A DNA stretch of 64,000 bases from Phoronis australis (taxonomy: Eukaryota > Animalia > Phoronida): NCBI GenBank assembly GCA_002633005.1, contig NMRA01000179.1, forward strand, positions 132,254-196,253. Direction: 5' to 3'. This document shows, one piece after another, positions 26,706 through 38,911 of the stretch. Within the stretch, counting starts at the first letter, position 1; every line of letters begins with the position of its first letter. Both the position numbers and the translations under genes were made by a program. Under the pieces are notes generated by a model. The model did no database searches and had not been told where the DNA came from. It saw only the letters and a program-made list of their open reading frames with translations.

Positions 26706-29366
26706 ACGTACGACGTTTGTCCCTACTCATTGGACTTTCAATTTACGGAAGTGATGACTGCGGTCAGAAACTTGTACAGTGTCACCTGTGTTGCTATTCC
26801 TTTTAGCAAATCGAACTATTTTTGAGCGGGCTCTCGAAATGTCGTCGATTTCCCGGCTCGACTTGTTTTTTAGCATAGGTAAGATGACACGTGTACTACA
26901 CGGTGTCGCCACCTTACGAAGTTGTATTGCCATTAGCGCCATCTTTCAGTCAATAAATACATACTTGATGAAACATTCCTCTTATAAGAAGAATGTTTCA
27001 TTTTGTAGAAAGCTTGACTACAGCAAGAGTCTAATAACTGCTTCTACTTAAAAGTGATCTCTTAAAACATTTGAATGGTCGTTTTAAAATAAAATTCAGA
27101 TCATATTGACATAATTGTCGTCACGGTCAGTTTCGACTTGTACTAGCTGCAAGCGAAAATGGTTTCAAACTGACAGTTCGTTCATGGTCCGTGTTTACAA
27201 TGGGACTGTCAGTTTTTTCTATGTATAGAAATTTGCATAAAATAACGAGTTGAGTGTACGTCATTTTTTAACGGAAAAGCGGGTTTATAACAGGTTCGTC
27301 TTGAACAGCGCCGCCCACTGAGCATTGCGAGCAGTGTAATAACCCGGTAGATAAGATGTACTTTTTTCTACTGAGTTGTGCCTGCACAAATATAGATTTT
27401 TTGTAGTCCACTTTCTAGAGCTACCTAAAATTTTGATTATTCACTGCCAGTGTAAAATAACAAAACTTTAATTTTTATTTAGTGGTTATGTCTTTTGCTC
27501 TGGCGACTTTGGTGCAGCAGTATTACACCAGGAGGTTCTGTACTGCCGAACCTCGCACTCATCTTTATTGCCTTCTAAAACAATGGACTATCACAGTAGT
27601 CAGAACCCGTGCTAACATTTGAGGGGTTTAACAACTTGTGGGGTGGGGTGGGGGCATCCCCAATTGTAGTTGAATATGTATCTGCACCCAGCGCGTGATA
27701 CTTCAGTTTTAATCCGGTCTTATGAAACACATTGGCACTTTCTAGTATTTTTTAGGATAAAATAATACCGTGTATTTAAAATTTTACGCCAGTGCTTCAA
27801 CCGAAATAAATGAAAACAGCACGCGTGGACGGAGGAACCTTCAGTCTGTAGTCAACTCCGAACACGATTGGTCTTAAATGTCACAAAAACATTCAAGTCA
27901 TGGATAGATGAAAAAACAAGTCGTGAGTTCGCGAGATGTCGATAAGTTGTGCATTTTCCTAATTGCATTCTATTGATGATAATGTTTTCAGGACACAACG
28001 CAAACACACGAGCGAGTATTAGCGAACACCGGTATGGTTTCCCCGAAATTTCTTGTAATATTTCAGCTAAAACGATTGAGAAAGGAAAGTAGGCTTCGTT
28101 TGCAAATAGTGAGTTTACACCCAACCTACAAAATTTAAACGAAAATAGTTATCGTAATTACTGTTGTCACACCTTCCTTCGGTAGAATAACTTTGACAAG
28201 ATTTAACGTAGCGTCTTATGCCTTCCATGCACAACGTAAGTATTGGGAAAGTTAATTTATTTCTGTAATAAATGCCATGGGCCCACTGTACAAAAGAACA
28301 ACATGTAACATACTGAAGAGGTAAGCAAGCTTTCACGGATTGAAAAGCATAAAATAATATTTCCATAGCATCATCAGTTGTTGACATTAATTTATTGAAC
28401 TTTAAAAAAGTAAAATGTACAGTTACATTTACTTACCTGTTCATCATCTAAGATGCGACCTTTTCTTTATCAAGTACAAGGTTTAAGTTGTTTTACAAAT
28501 TTCAAGCCTTGTCTTTTTATAGATATAAGATAAATATGGTTTAATAACCCTTAACCTAAAAATGAGATCATCTTCGCCGCTTATTTACAACGTCATGCCT
28601 CACTCACCAGCCACATTTATTATCGCATTGTTGTCGCTGTCACGTGTCTCTCTAGGGCATGTTGGTAATGCACTTCACAACACGCTCTATCACCAAGAAC
28701 ACACAAACAGACTGAATCATACACACTGATACAGGTAAGTTGTTTTTCTTTAATACCAGTCGATTGTTCACGGTTTGCTTCGGGGAGAAGTTGCCATTAT
28801 TTCCAGAACATGGATCTTCTGTTACTGTAGTTGCAAAACAGCGAAATTATATGTTTTTCATGTACGCCAATATGATCATGTTATTATTTGTGCGCAATGG
28901 ACCTGCGTGAGGAATCTGCTCATAACACATTGCAACAGTTTACTTGTCTACCATTTCAATTTCCTGTGTTGTTTCAGTTGTAAAGCTTTGTAATTTGTGA
29001 ATCACAATATGAATACATGGGTTGTGTTGATAATTGCAATTGTAGTAGAATATAACAACATAGGTTATACAACAGTAGTGACGTTGCTAAACACGATTTC
29101 AATATACACAAAAAATTCGGCCGACTCTTTTGGTGAAATACGGTCACAACGCCCAGCGTCCGATCAAACACCATCACTCACAAGGTGTCGCAAGTGAGAC
29201 AAGGGCCCTTCCACCTCCCTAGAAATGCTTGCATTCAGAGCTGAGTTCTATAGACCGTGAGACACTGGCTTGCACTTGCGGAGGAAAATCTTTGCTGTGA
29301 TTGAACGAAAACAATGAATTCAATCCCACTATTCATCATTCCAAGCTCGCCAGTCAATCACTCTCT

Positions 29367-29934
29367 CTGTTTCCCTGCGTGTCCAATAGGGGGAAGGGGA
29401 CACGCAGGTATCGTTCAGCAGCACGTGTTTTATCCCTGTTTGATGTAACCTTGGCAGTCATTGGTTAGCTTGACAACAAGACCAGAAAATGGCGGACTGT
29501 GAACGATTTTTACACTTGTCTAACTACAACAAGTTTTCTCTCTGCATTGTCAATAATGTCATAAAGACGGAGTACAGCTATCTGCAACCTGGACAGTGTA
29601 TGAGCTTCACATCGGTAACCGAAAAATACACTCTTGCTCTATTGCCAACAGGCTATTAAAATGTACACCAAAAAGGCACAACCACAACTTTCCGATTCAC
29701 ATTTCTTGAACATATCCCAATTAATCACCGATATGTCTGTACAACAGACCACAAACTATATCATTGCACATTTACACTTTCTCCATCAGCCATGCCGGTT
29801 TGTTTACTTATAAAGCTGCTACAAGTTGAAAATTCGAATAGCCAATCAGAAACTCAGGTGTAAATTTTTTGCCCAAGAAAAATCAACTGATACCTATGTG
29901 TCCCTTTTTCCCTAGCGGACACGCAGGGAACCAG
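29367..29934. mobile_element. TIR element with a RecQ-helicase-like ORF stub (Academ-like deletion derivative)
   Basis: ~45-bp imperfect TIRs (ttccctgcgtgtcc / ggacacgcagggaa). The internal 56-aa ORF 29489-29659 ends YLQPGQ...TLALLPTGY*. Confidence 0.6.
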
Positions 29935-32436
29935 CAAGGCCAATCACTTTGGTGACCGCCATTTTACTTCTAGGCATACTTGGGAAAAATCGCTTTTTAC
30001 TCAAGAATTTTCGAGGTATTGCGATATCTTGCTTTTCCGCAAAAATTAGGTGTGCCAAACGCTGTCCACGTAAGGACGTGGGTCCCTTATCACAGGAACG
30101 TCCCACTCTGATGACCTACTTTTTACTCTCGCTAGTCATGTAGGGGAGCGTTCCGTAAACGGGAGACCATCACGAAAACGTAACAATACGCAAGACTTCC
30201 CGAGACATCATCATTCATGCAAGCAAAGCACGTGACCACATTACCTTATCTGAGTGACCCCGTGCTATTTTATTACAGACTTCTTTCACTATTCGCCATT
30301 CTTACGTCAACAAATTTCAACTGCTCCACTGTGAGTTGTAATGCTGGCAGTAAAAAGTGAGTGGGCAGTTATATATCGTCCTGATAGCTTCAGTTGAACC
30401 CAAAAGAGTGTTGGCTGCCTTTCCTTAGTTTCGAAAACTCGACCGATTTTAGAATGCACTATTCTACTGCGGAAAACGAGAGTTGAATTTGAGATGTAGA
30501 CAATATACCACATAACACAACTTTAAGGTGCACTGATAAATTTATCAAGTTGATCTCTAAAAACCTGCTCGAAAAGACGTTTCAGTCATCTCGCAGTTCG
30601 CCCGCATTCAAAATTTGAAAACCCGGTTTTATTGAAAACGCACCCCTCCTTACATATCAAGACCTTTAACATTCTGACTAAGATACTTTCAATCGAGATA
30701 TATTTTAATAGTTTTCGACTGAAAACATTTTAGGCAGATTTTTGTAATCAAAAATACAAAAGAAGACTCTTAACTATACACGTATTCAGGCCCGTAGGAA
30801 GGCAAAAATTATTGAGGGGCACAAACCGTATCGACTTCGCCAAACAGCCCCTCTCCCCATCACCTCCGCCACCTCCCCCTCCCCTCCCCGTGCTCCCAAT
30901 GTCACCATATTTGTACCGAATCTCCTACGTCCGCCTTGGGTGGGGGGCACAGTGGCGGACTTAGGGGTGGCCAAGGGGCCATGGCCCCTTGAAATTCTCC
31001 CAGATTCCAGTTGACAGTTCGGGGTGCGAATTTCTGACGGGTAAAACCCTGGCTAATACTCTGCCCTGCCCCCCAACTCAAAATCCTGAATGCGTCCCTG
31101 GGACAATCCCGGGGATGAAGTCATCAAGAGTTGACTAAACGTGAACCAACACGGAGAGTAAAAATGGGCCTAGTACCAGTACACTGACCGATAGCGAGGA
31201 GCTGCCTCAAGTAGCTATAGCTGAGATCTAACAGTGTAAGAAATACGAAATTCCCTATGAACTAAAGCTAGTTGCTGGTCAGCTCAACTATGATTCACTT
31301 GAGACAGGCAGCTCGTACCGGCCGTCTCCGCTCACTCCAAGATAAAGATTCGTTTTATTTTGATCCAGTTCGGAAAAACTTTATTTTATTATGGTCATTC
31401 TTTGAAGGAGTTTTTTTGAAAAGGTGAGGTGGTCCCGAAGTCCCTGATAAGGTGCTTTTGGGGCTGTTTCAAAATTTATAGTTGCAACGCGACCGGTAGT
31501 CTAGTTTCTGGTGGCTGGGGAAAAGGATAGTGTGTCCCAAAAACGTACACACTTCCTGAACGCCTGGAGTTTAAATTCTGTTCCCGTGGATCACTGAGAT
31601 TCTGCGCGGGCCTACTGCATGATTACATCTTATTTTTAAGGTGGGTACATGTACGTCAGTCATGACGTAAACGCGAATCAGGACAAGCAAGCAATTTAGT
31701 TTGAAGAACGAAAAATCCATTGCTCAATACCACTGGAAACTAAAAACACCACGGAAGTGCAAAGACAACCTTTTATTTATTCTAGGATTTTTAAAACGAT
31801 TTTTATCTACAGTTTGTGAGTCAGAATTCATCAATGTCTCTGAGAGTTATTTGAGATATGCAAAAATCGTCTGTAAGTGTACTTTGCTATTGGGGGATCG
31901 GATTATAGAGTTTTTCCAACTTCAGGCCGCAATTAAATTCACTGAAACATCAATTCTTACAAGATTAGCTTCTAATTGTCAAAAATCATCTATGAATAAA
32001 TCGATTTTCGTAGATACATAAACAAGTAAATCCAAAACCAACAGATTTGTTTATCAAAACGGAATGTTATGAGCAATTTCCGCATCCATACTTGCAGATT
32101 TTTGACGGGTAAGCGGGGGAATATGGGAGGTGTATTTCTGCTCATTTCTGAGGTACCTATAACGGTTCACGAGGTAAACTTGATCTCCACTGACAAAAAA
32201 ACGCTGAAATCTTTGTTCATGATTGCGAGAGTTCATTGAGTACCCTCTTTCGACATGTACACGGTTATCACAAATACACGTAGTAGCCTAGACATCAGTG
32301 TTTTCCACATAATATGGGTATTCCTTACAAACAACTCGCAGTAACCATCTTGAAAAAAAGATACTATTCTTGTGATACTACAGGAAACTGTAACATTATT
32401 TTATAACTAACCATCGGAAATAGTCCTTTCGAGTAA

Positions 32437-34613
32437 TTACTCTGCGCGTGTAAGCGCAGAGTACTGTTGTTCCTGAGTTTTCTTCAATTTTATTCTTCAT
32501 ATTACTCTGCGCGTGTAAGCGCAGAGTACTGTTGTTCCTGGGTTTTCTTCAATTTTATTCTTATTCTTCTTATTCTTCTTATTCTCATTCTTCTTCCGAC
32601 CAACTGTGAGGCTTAATAACTCCAAATTGGGTGCAGGTAAAGTCTTTAAATTCTGCATGCCACTTTTGATACTACATGAATTTTGATTCGTTATATACAT
32701 GTAATCATATTCCATATTGCACCGGAAGAGGTCATTTGTTGCAAAGGTCATGTAATTTTCAAAATGCTACTCCTTCTTCATTTTTAAAGCTATTCTTTTC
32801 AAATTCGGTGCACAGGTATAAGTACTGACGTAGAATCTCCTAAACACCTGGTAGAGTCTTGCCCAGTTTTTTATAGGCTATGGAGCAACCTACTGGATGG
32901 CACTGTTACATGCCTACAACATATAGTGTGCATGGCAACAAATGGAAACGTCTGTCCGTTTTCCTAAAGGAGACTGGCAGACTTGAAAACTTTCTTCACG
33001 AGGAGCCATAATTGGGGTCTCGTGCCTTTGCTCAGGTGTTTTGTGCAATGGGCCCAACCATGAGGTCTGCGCACGTCTGATGCACCGCAAATGACATCAG
33101 ACCACCTGCACTGTTTTTTTTATAAGTCAACAAGGCAATTTAAAAACTCACTTTTCTAAGTAATCGGGTCATCCAATCAGGTGAAATAGGTCAAAGGTCA
33201 ATAAGTGCAAACTAAATTTTTGAGCTAGACACTTCAAATTGACAGATCTGATTGGCACAGGTAATTCAATTCGGAATTCAAAGTTTCAGGTCATTTAGTG
33301 CAAGCATGGGGTCATTAGGTGCACTTTTCTTCTGAAAATTTGACCTTTTCAATCAGCAAGTATTCCGATGTGTCAACCGTTAGACAACTGTGATTCTCAG
33401 CGTTAAACACATTTTCCATGGGCTTTGTAATAATTCTCCTAAAGATGCTTAAAATGCACCGGATAAGGTCAATTAGTGCAAAGGTCGTGTAACGTTCAAA
33501 ATGTTATATCTCTTACGTTTTTCAAGGAATTCTTTTCAATTTCAGCACACTGGTGTAAGTCAACATGCCAATTGAATACCCTACTTTACTTCGCAATAGG
33601 CCTAACCAATCAGAAAAAATAGGTCAAAGGTCATTGAGTGCAAACTAAAATTTTGAGCTAGAGACTTCAGAATTACATATCTGCTTACTAAGTGCGGTTG
33701 AGTTTGAATTCTAAATTTTCAGGTCATTTGGTGCACCCGTGGGGTCATTAGGTGCATTTTTCTTCTGAAAGTTTGACCACTTCATTCATCTTGTATTCTG
33801 AAGTGCTTAAAGTAAAACATATGTGATTATTAGCATTAACCACTCTTTTAATCGAGTTAGCAATTACTCCCTCATCGGGGCTCATAATGCACAGGAAGAG
33901 GTCAATTAGTGGAAAGGTCATCAAAAAATTAATATGTAATTTCTCCTACAATTTTAAAGAATTCCTTTTCATATTGGTAAACGGGTTGCTGTCAGTGACT
34001 TCCCATAATAATTCCAGTAATACGCACGCGCAGAGTCCGTTATTGTCACGCCGTGACAATAATCTTTCTAGTTCTTATTCTTATTCTTCTTCCGACCAAC
34101 TTTGAGGCTTAATAGCTCCAAATTGGGTCAGGTACGGTCTTTCAATTCAGCATATGATTTTTGACAGTATATAAATTTTGATTGGTTACATAATCATATT
34201 CCATATTGCACCGGAAGAGGTCGTTTGGGCAAAGGTCATATAATTTTCAAAATGCTACTCCTTCTTCAGTTTTAAAGCTATCTTTTTCAAATTCGGTGCA
34301 CAGGTATAAGTCAATAACACAATTTAAAAAATTACTTTTCTAAGTAATCGGGTCAAGCAATCAGGCTAAATAGGTCAAAGGTTATTAGGTGCAAACTAAA
34401 ATTTTGAGCTAGACACTTCAAATTGACAGGTCTGATTGGCACAGGTAAATCAAATCGGAATCCAAAGTTTCAGATCATTTAGTGCAAACATGGGGTCATT
34501 AGGTGCATTTTTCTTCTGAAAATTTGACCTTTTCAATCAGCAAATATTCCGATGTGTCAACCGTTACGCGCAGAGTCCGTTATTGTCACACCGTGACAAT
34601 AATATTTCTTGTT
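32437..34613 (+). mobile_element. Helentron-associated element (HINE/DINE-1-like) family 2, head-to-tail tandem
   Basis: 5' subTIR plus stem ttactctgcgcgtgtaagcgcagagta (duplicated at 32437 and 32502), a TTC/TTATTC microsatellite, and central GGTCA-rich repeats. The 3' subTIR acgcgcagagt, palindrome ttattgtcac-gtgacaataa and ctagtt/cttgtt end occur twice (34073 and 34613). Confidence 0.85.
32824..33120 (+). mobile_element. 5'-truncated LOA/I-group-like LINE 3' end inserted into the HINE
   Basis: Flanked by a 7-bp duplication tataagt (32817-32823 and 33121-33127) that is single in the sister HINE copy. Encodes ESPKHLVESCPVFYRL (CCHC-finger end) and, after a frameshift, KRLSVFLKETGRL. Confidence 0.65.
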
Positions 34614-35766
34614 CACAAATAGTGGTCTTCAGGTTCTTCAAAATTCTATCCGACCGATGGCGGCAATCCTACTCACGTATTTTTTCACATTTTTGGTTAA
34701 TTGTTTCGAATGGCTGTGCTGTTCACGAACCTTCTGTGTTTTTGTTTTGATGAATTTAGAATCTCAACTTCCATAGAGAATACTTGGAAGTGTCGGATTT
34801 ACATGTATAGAGCGACAAAGGGACATTTCCCCCGAACTGCTCCACCGAGAGAGGGTACCGTATGAAATGGGACACCTTAAGGCTAAACATCTTAGAAAAA
34901 AGGATGACAGTGCATTCCACCGTCACGTGGTCCCAAAACGATACAGGGAGTGACCTCCTTCAACATGACAGCCGGTTGCACGATTTCACAAAAAAGGAAA
35001 ATAGAGGTAATCGATTCCAACATTGGACCATCTCTCCGTAAGCAGCCCCATAAGAATTTGTCACTAAAAGCACAAAAAGGGTGGCCACTTCAATGTCATC
35101 AATGGCCTCCTTCAAGGGCGGGGCCCCTAAATATGAAAATATCTTATTTTCAAATATCAAGAAATGCGCAGCAATTGATTTTATCTGTCAGGTCATTAAT
35201 TTTTCTCAAGTAACAGTTTCGAGAAAAAAAAATAAAACGAAAGTTTTCTCCGTTATCCATTGGCAGAGAGGGGCATCTGGAAAAATATAGTTTTGCATTC
35301 GCAAAATTGACTTATTGAATTTAAAAATCCATTAAATTAGTACAATCCGCAAAAGTTTCGCTTTACAAATTTTCTCGATTTTTCGAAATACATGTATGAC
35401 TGATTTCATGCACGTTTTCAAGTGCATTTAGACGACCTGTGCTGCAAAGGCAGAGACCCTAACGACAATGTCCTGGCCAGAGTACTCAAAAGGTAAACCA
35501 TGCACTGATGCCGAGTTGTTAAACGTTCTTTTGAATTTTCTCTGTTATCCGTATTTCGCAGTCTTTCTTTTCTTGGCTGTTCCCGGCCCCACGCCGGTTG
35601 CCACGGTTTAAACCTGACGCCTGAAAATTTTTGTGGGGGCCCGGTCTTGGTAGAGAGCCCTCGATGAAGAAATCCACTGAACTCCTTCTGTTTGTTATTT
35701 ATACACCTTGTATTATCTTAATGTACATGTATACATGCATTCGAAATTTAATTAGGTAACAATAAA

Positions 35767-36576
35767 TATAGATTATTACATGGCGAAGTCGTTATCCCCT
35801 CGGGCGATAATTTTCCAAAATCCACTCGGGCTCTAGATAACGGGGGATAACGACTGAGAACATGTAATAATCTATTTATACCACATACTGAACGAGAAAC
35901 ATTGCAATGAATCGATCTACCTTTCTCGACTGGCCTCGGCTTTGTAACTACTTTCTATGTCAGAGCCCGGGGGTCGGAGGTCGTGACCTTTCAAGAAAAG
36001 CCGAGCTATTTTTGTCAAATAATGCTTATACTCAAAACCAATTGAAAATTTAAACAAAACATAAATAAAGTGAATCTATAAATTAAGTTTTAGCAACTAT
36101 TATAGCGTACTACACATTTCATCACGCTAAGCTTCCACGGGGAAAATATCGTCTGCTAAAGTAGGTTACCACTAGTGATTATAATGCTCAAGTCAAAGGA
36201 TCCCGACTACACAATACCCGCATTCAAATTGGAGATCGGTCATTTACAAGTGAGAGAACACGATAGAAAAAAAATCACTGAATTAAAATATCGTTTTTAT
36301 GGAAATTATGCGTCTTATTTTTCAAAGCGTATAAATGTCGGTACTATAGCCTTTACTGAACATGCGATTGTTGCGCGTGCTCATTTAAGTATGCTATTTT
36401 CACGCTTGATGACGCTAAGTGCTGAGTGGTGTAGTGGTAAAGTCGGCGACTCGAAATTCTTGAGGCCCGGGTATGAGTCCGGCCTCGGTTTCCCGCCAAA
36501 ATATCTCACTAGTGAAATAAGTTTATGGGATATTACACGGTTGTATCTGCCATTCGAGGCTATTATTGAGGTATAA
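35767..36576 (+). mobile_element. HINE-like family 1, copy 2 (hairpin partly deleted)
   Basis: Colinear with 20821-21692 along its length. Confidence 0.85.
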
Positions 36577-36581
36577 TTCTG

Positions 36582-37407
36582 TTTATACCTTAATATTATC
36601 CCCGTGTAATAACCCATATACATGTAGTTATCTCACTGGTGAGATAACATTTTGGCGGGAAACCGAGGCTGGGTTCGAACCCGGGCGGCATGAGTTTTGG
36701 TCCTCGACTTTACCACTACACCACTCAGCGGCTGACGTCATCGAACGTGAAAATAGAATACTTAAATCAGTACGCGCAACAATCGCATGTTCAACAAAGG
36801 GCACTGTGCCGAGATGTGTACGCTATGAAAAATAAGACGCATAATTTCCATAAAAACTACATTTTAATTCAGTAAAAATTTTCTCTCCTGTTCTCTCGCT
36901 TGTTAATCACCGATCTCCAATTTGAATGCGGGTATCGTGTCGTCGGGTTCCTTTGACTTGAGAATTATACTCTGTTACCAGTGGTAACATACTGTAGCAG
37001 ACGATAGTTTCCCGGTCGAAGGTTAGCGTGTGTTTTAAGCTGTAACAGCTGGTAAACCTTAGTTTATAAATTCATTTTATTTCTATTTTATTTAAATTCT
37101 CAATTGGTTTTGAGTAAAAGCATTATTTGACAAAAACAGCTCGACTTTTCTTAAAAGGTCACAAACCTCCGACCCCGGACCCCTAACATAGAAAGTAGTT
37201 ACAAAGCCGAGGAGAGTCGAGAAAGGTAAATGGATTCATTGCAATGTTTTTCGTTTAATATGTGATATAAATAGATGATTACATGTTCTCGTGGATTTTG
37301 TAGAATTGTCATCCTCGGGGCTAACGCCCCTCGGGTGACAATTCTTCAAAATCCACCCGGGCTCTAGATAGCGGGGGATAGCGACTTCGCGATGTAATAA
37401 TCTACAT
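36582..37407 (-). mobile_element. HINE-like family 1, copy 3 (inverted, abutting copy 2)
   Basis: Reverse complement of the same element; B box (gggttcgaacc palindromic context) at ~36671 and hairpin at ~37270-37405. Confidence 0.85.
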
Positions 37408-38911
37408 TTATCGTAATTATTTGATATCATAAAGGATAAGTGAATAACACCCACGCCTACGTAGCACGTAAGTAAAACAAATGTGCATGGTTTGGTCTAG
37501 AATTATCAAACCCACAACATTGTTAAATCCAATTCCTTTCATTAGTAAAAATGTGGTAATATCTGCATAGATGCAATGGTAACCAATTCAACAATTCTTA
37601 AAATTAGGATGTAGTATTAGAAATTAAAAGACATTCCTATCTGCCAGTAATCTTTTATTCCGTGTGCTCTTGTCTTGGTTAAATACAATATTCTAGATAG
37701 GGAACAACATAGATTAAGTGTAGTAACTGCTGCACGACTGATATGATCACGTTTTAGTTATGGTCGGCCGAGGAGTGCTCGCCAAAATATTACCTGCTGA
37801 TGCTATTTAAAGATCTTTTGAAACAAAATACCATTTGTTGATAGTATTTTTTCTGATAACAAACAAATAATGTTTCTGAAAAAATTGTCTGAATACGGTA
37901 CATTATTAATAGGATCCAGGGATAATTGAAGTCAATGGCTGGCAAACATTCATAGAAGTCTTTATTCTAAACAATACCAAACACATAGACTTAAGAATTA
38001 GTTAGACCCCTCACCAAAAATCTTATTAATGTTTGTCCACGCTTACACACATATACCTTACGCCGAACTTCAGGCATTTACGTTACACGGAGATTTAAGC
38101 CAAAACTCACGACTGATCTCAAGTCTCTCTTTAAAGCTGCACTTAATCCAAAACGCAAGTCTCCGCTTAAAGCTGTATTTCATCCTGTTTAGCTGGTTAA
38201 AGACGAAAATCGTATAGTTACATGTAGGTCTTTCACTCATTAACTCTCTTAAAATCGGTCTCATTGTAGTCCTTAGCGAGTTAGTATTCTATTTCCGTTT
38301 TCAGCAAAAACATTCAATTGGTACCACCAGTGACTCAAAAAATCTTCTGAGTTTATTAAGATTGGCCACCGTGGCCCTAATGACGCATGATGAACTCATT
38401 CGATGTTACATGAGTTGATGACGGAAATAGAATCGCATCACGGAAAAGACTGTCACGAGCCCAATTTTATGAATGTAAAAGGTTTAATTTGATTTTCGTT
38501 TCTTAGCCAGCTAAAGAGCGCGAAATCTGGCTTTTAGTGTAAAAACCTCATTAAAGCGGCAATTAAACCCCGCGCCACTCAAGTCATGATTTTGTTATTG
38601 CTGAACCACGTCTCACGGTTGCAGGTTGTACATGTACAACGGACTTTGTGTGCTTAACAGTTGCCAAACAGTTTTTGTTACTGACTGATGCCGTGTGACT
38701 GAAACGAAAGTTTTATTTAGACCACTTACCCGCGGCTGTGGAATTGGTCTTAATTCGTTCTGTACTCGTATTAGTAATCATGTGTTCGACACTTCGTTAC
38801 TGAGGTGACCTCGCGATCGTTCTCAGTGCATATATGATACGGCATGATAAACCAACATGTAGCGCCTGGTCCGTTTTCAAGTTGCTAGTGAACTACTTCA
38901 TGTTACAATCA

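Noticed and set aside
36175-36875. ORFs of 61-133 aa within HINE-like copies
   Set aside because: The frames are not preserved between copies and show no Rep, helicase or transposase motifs.
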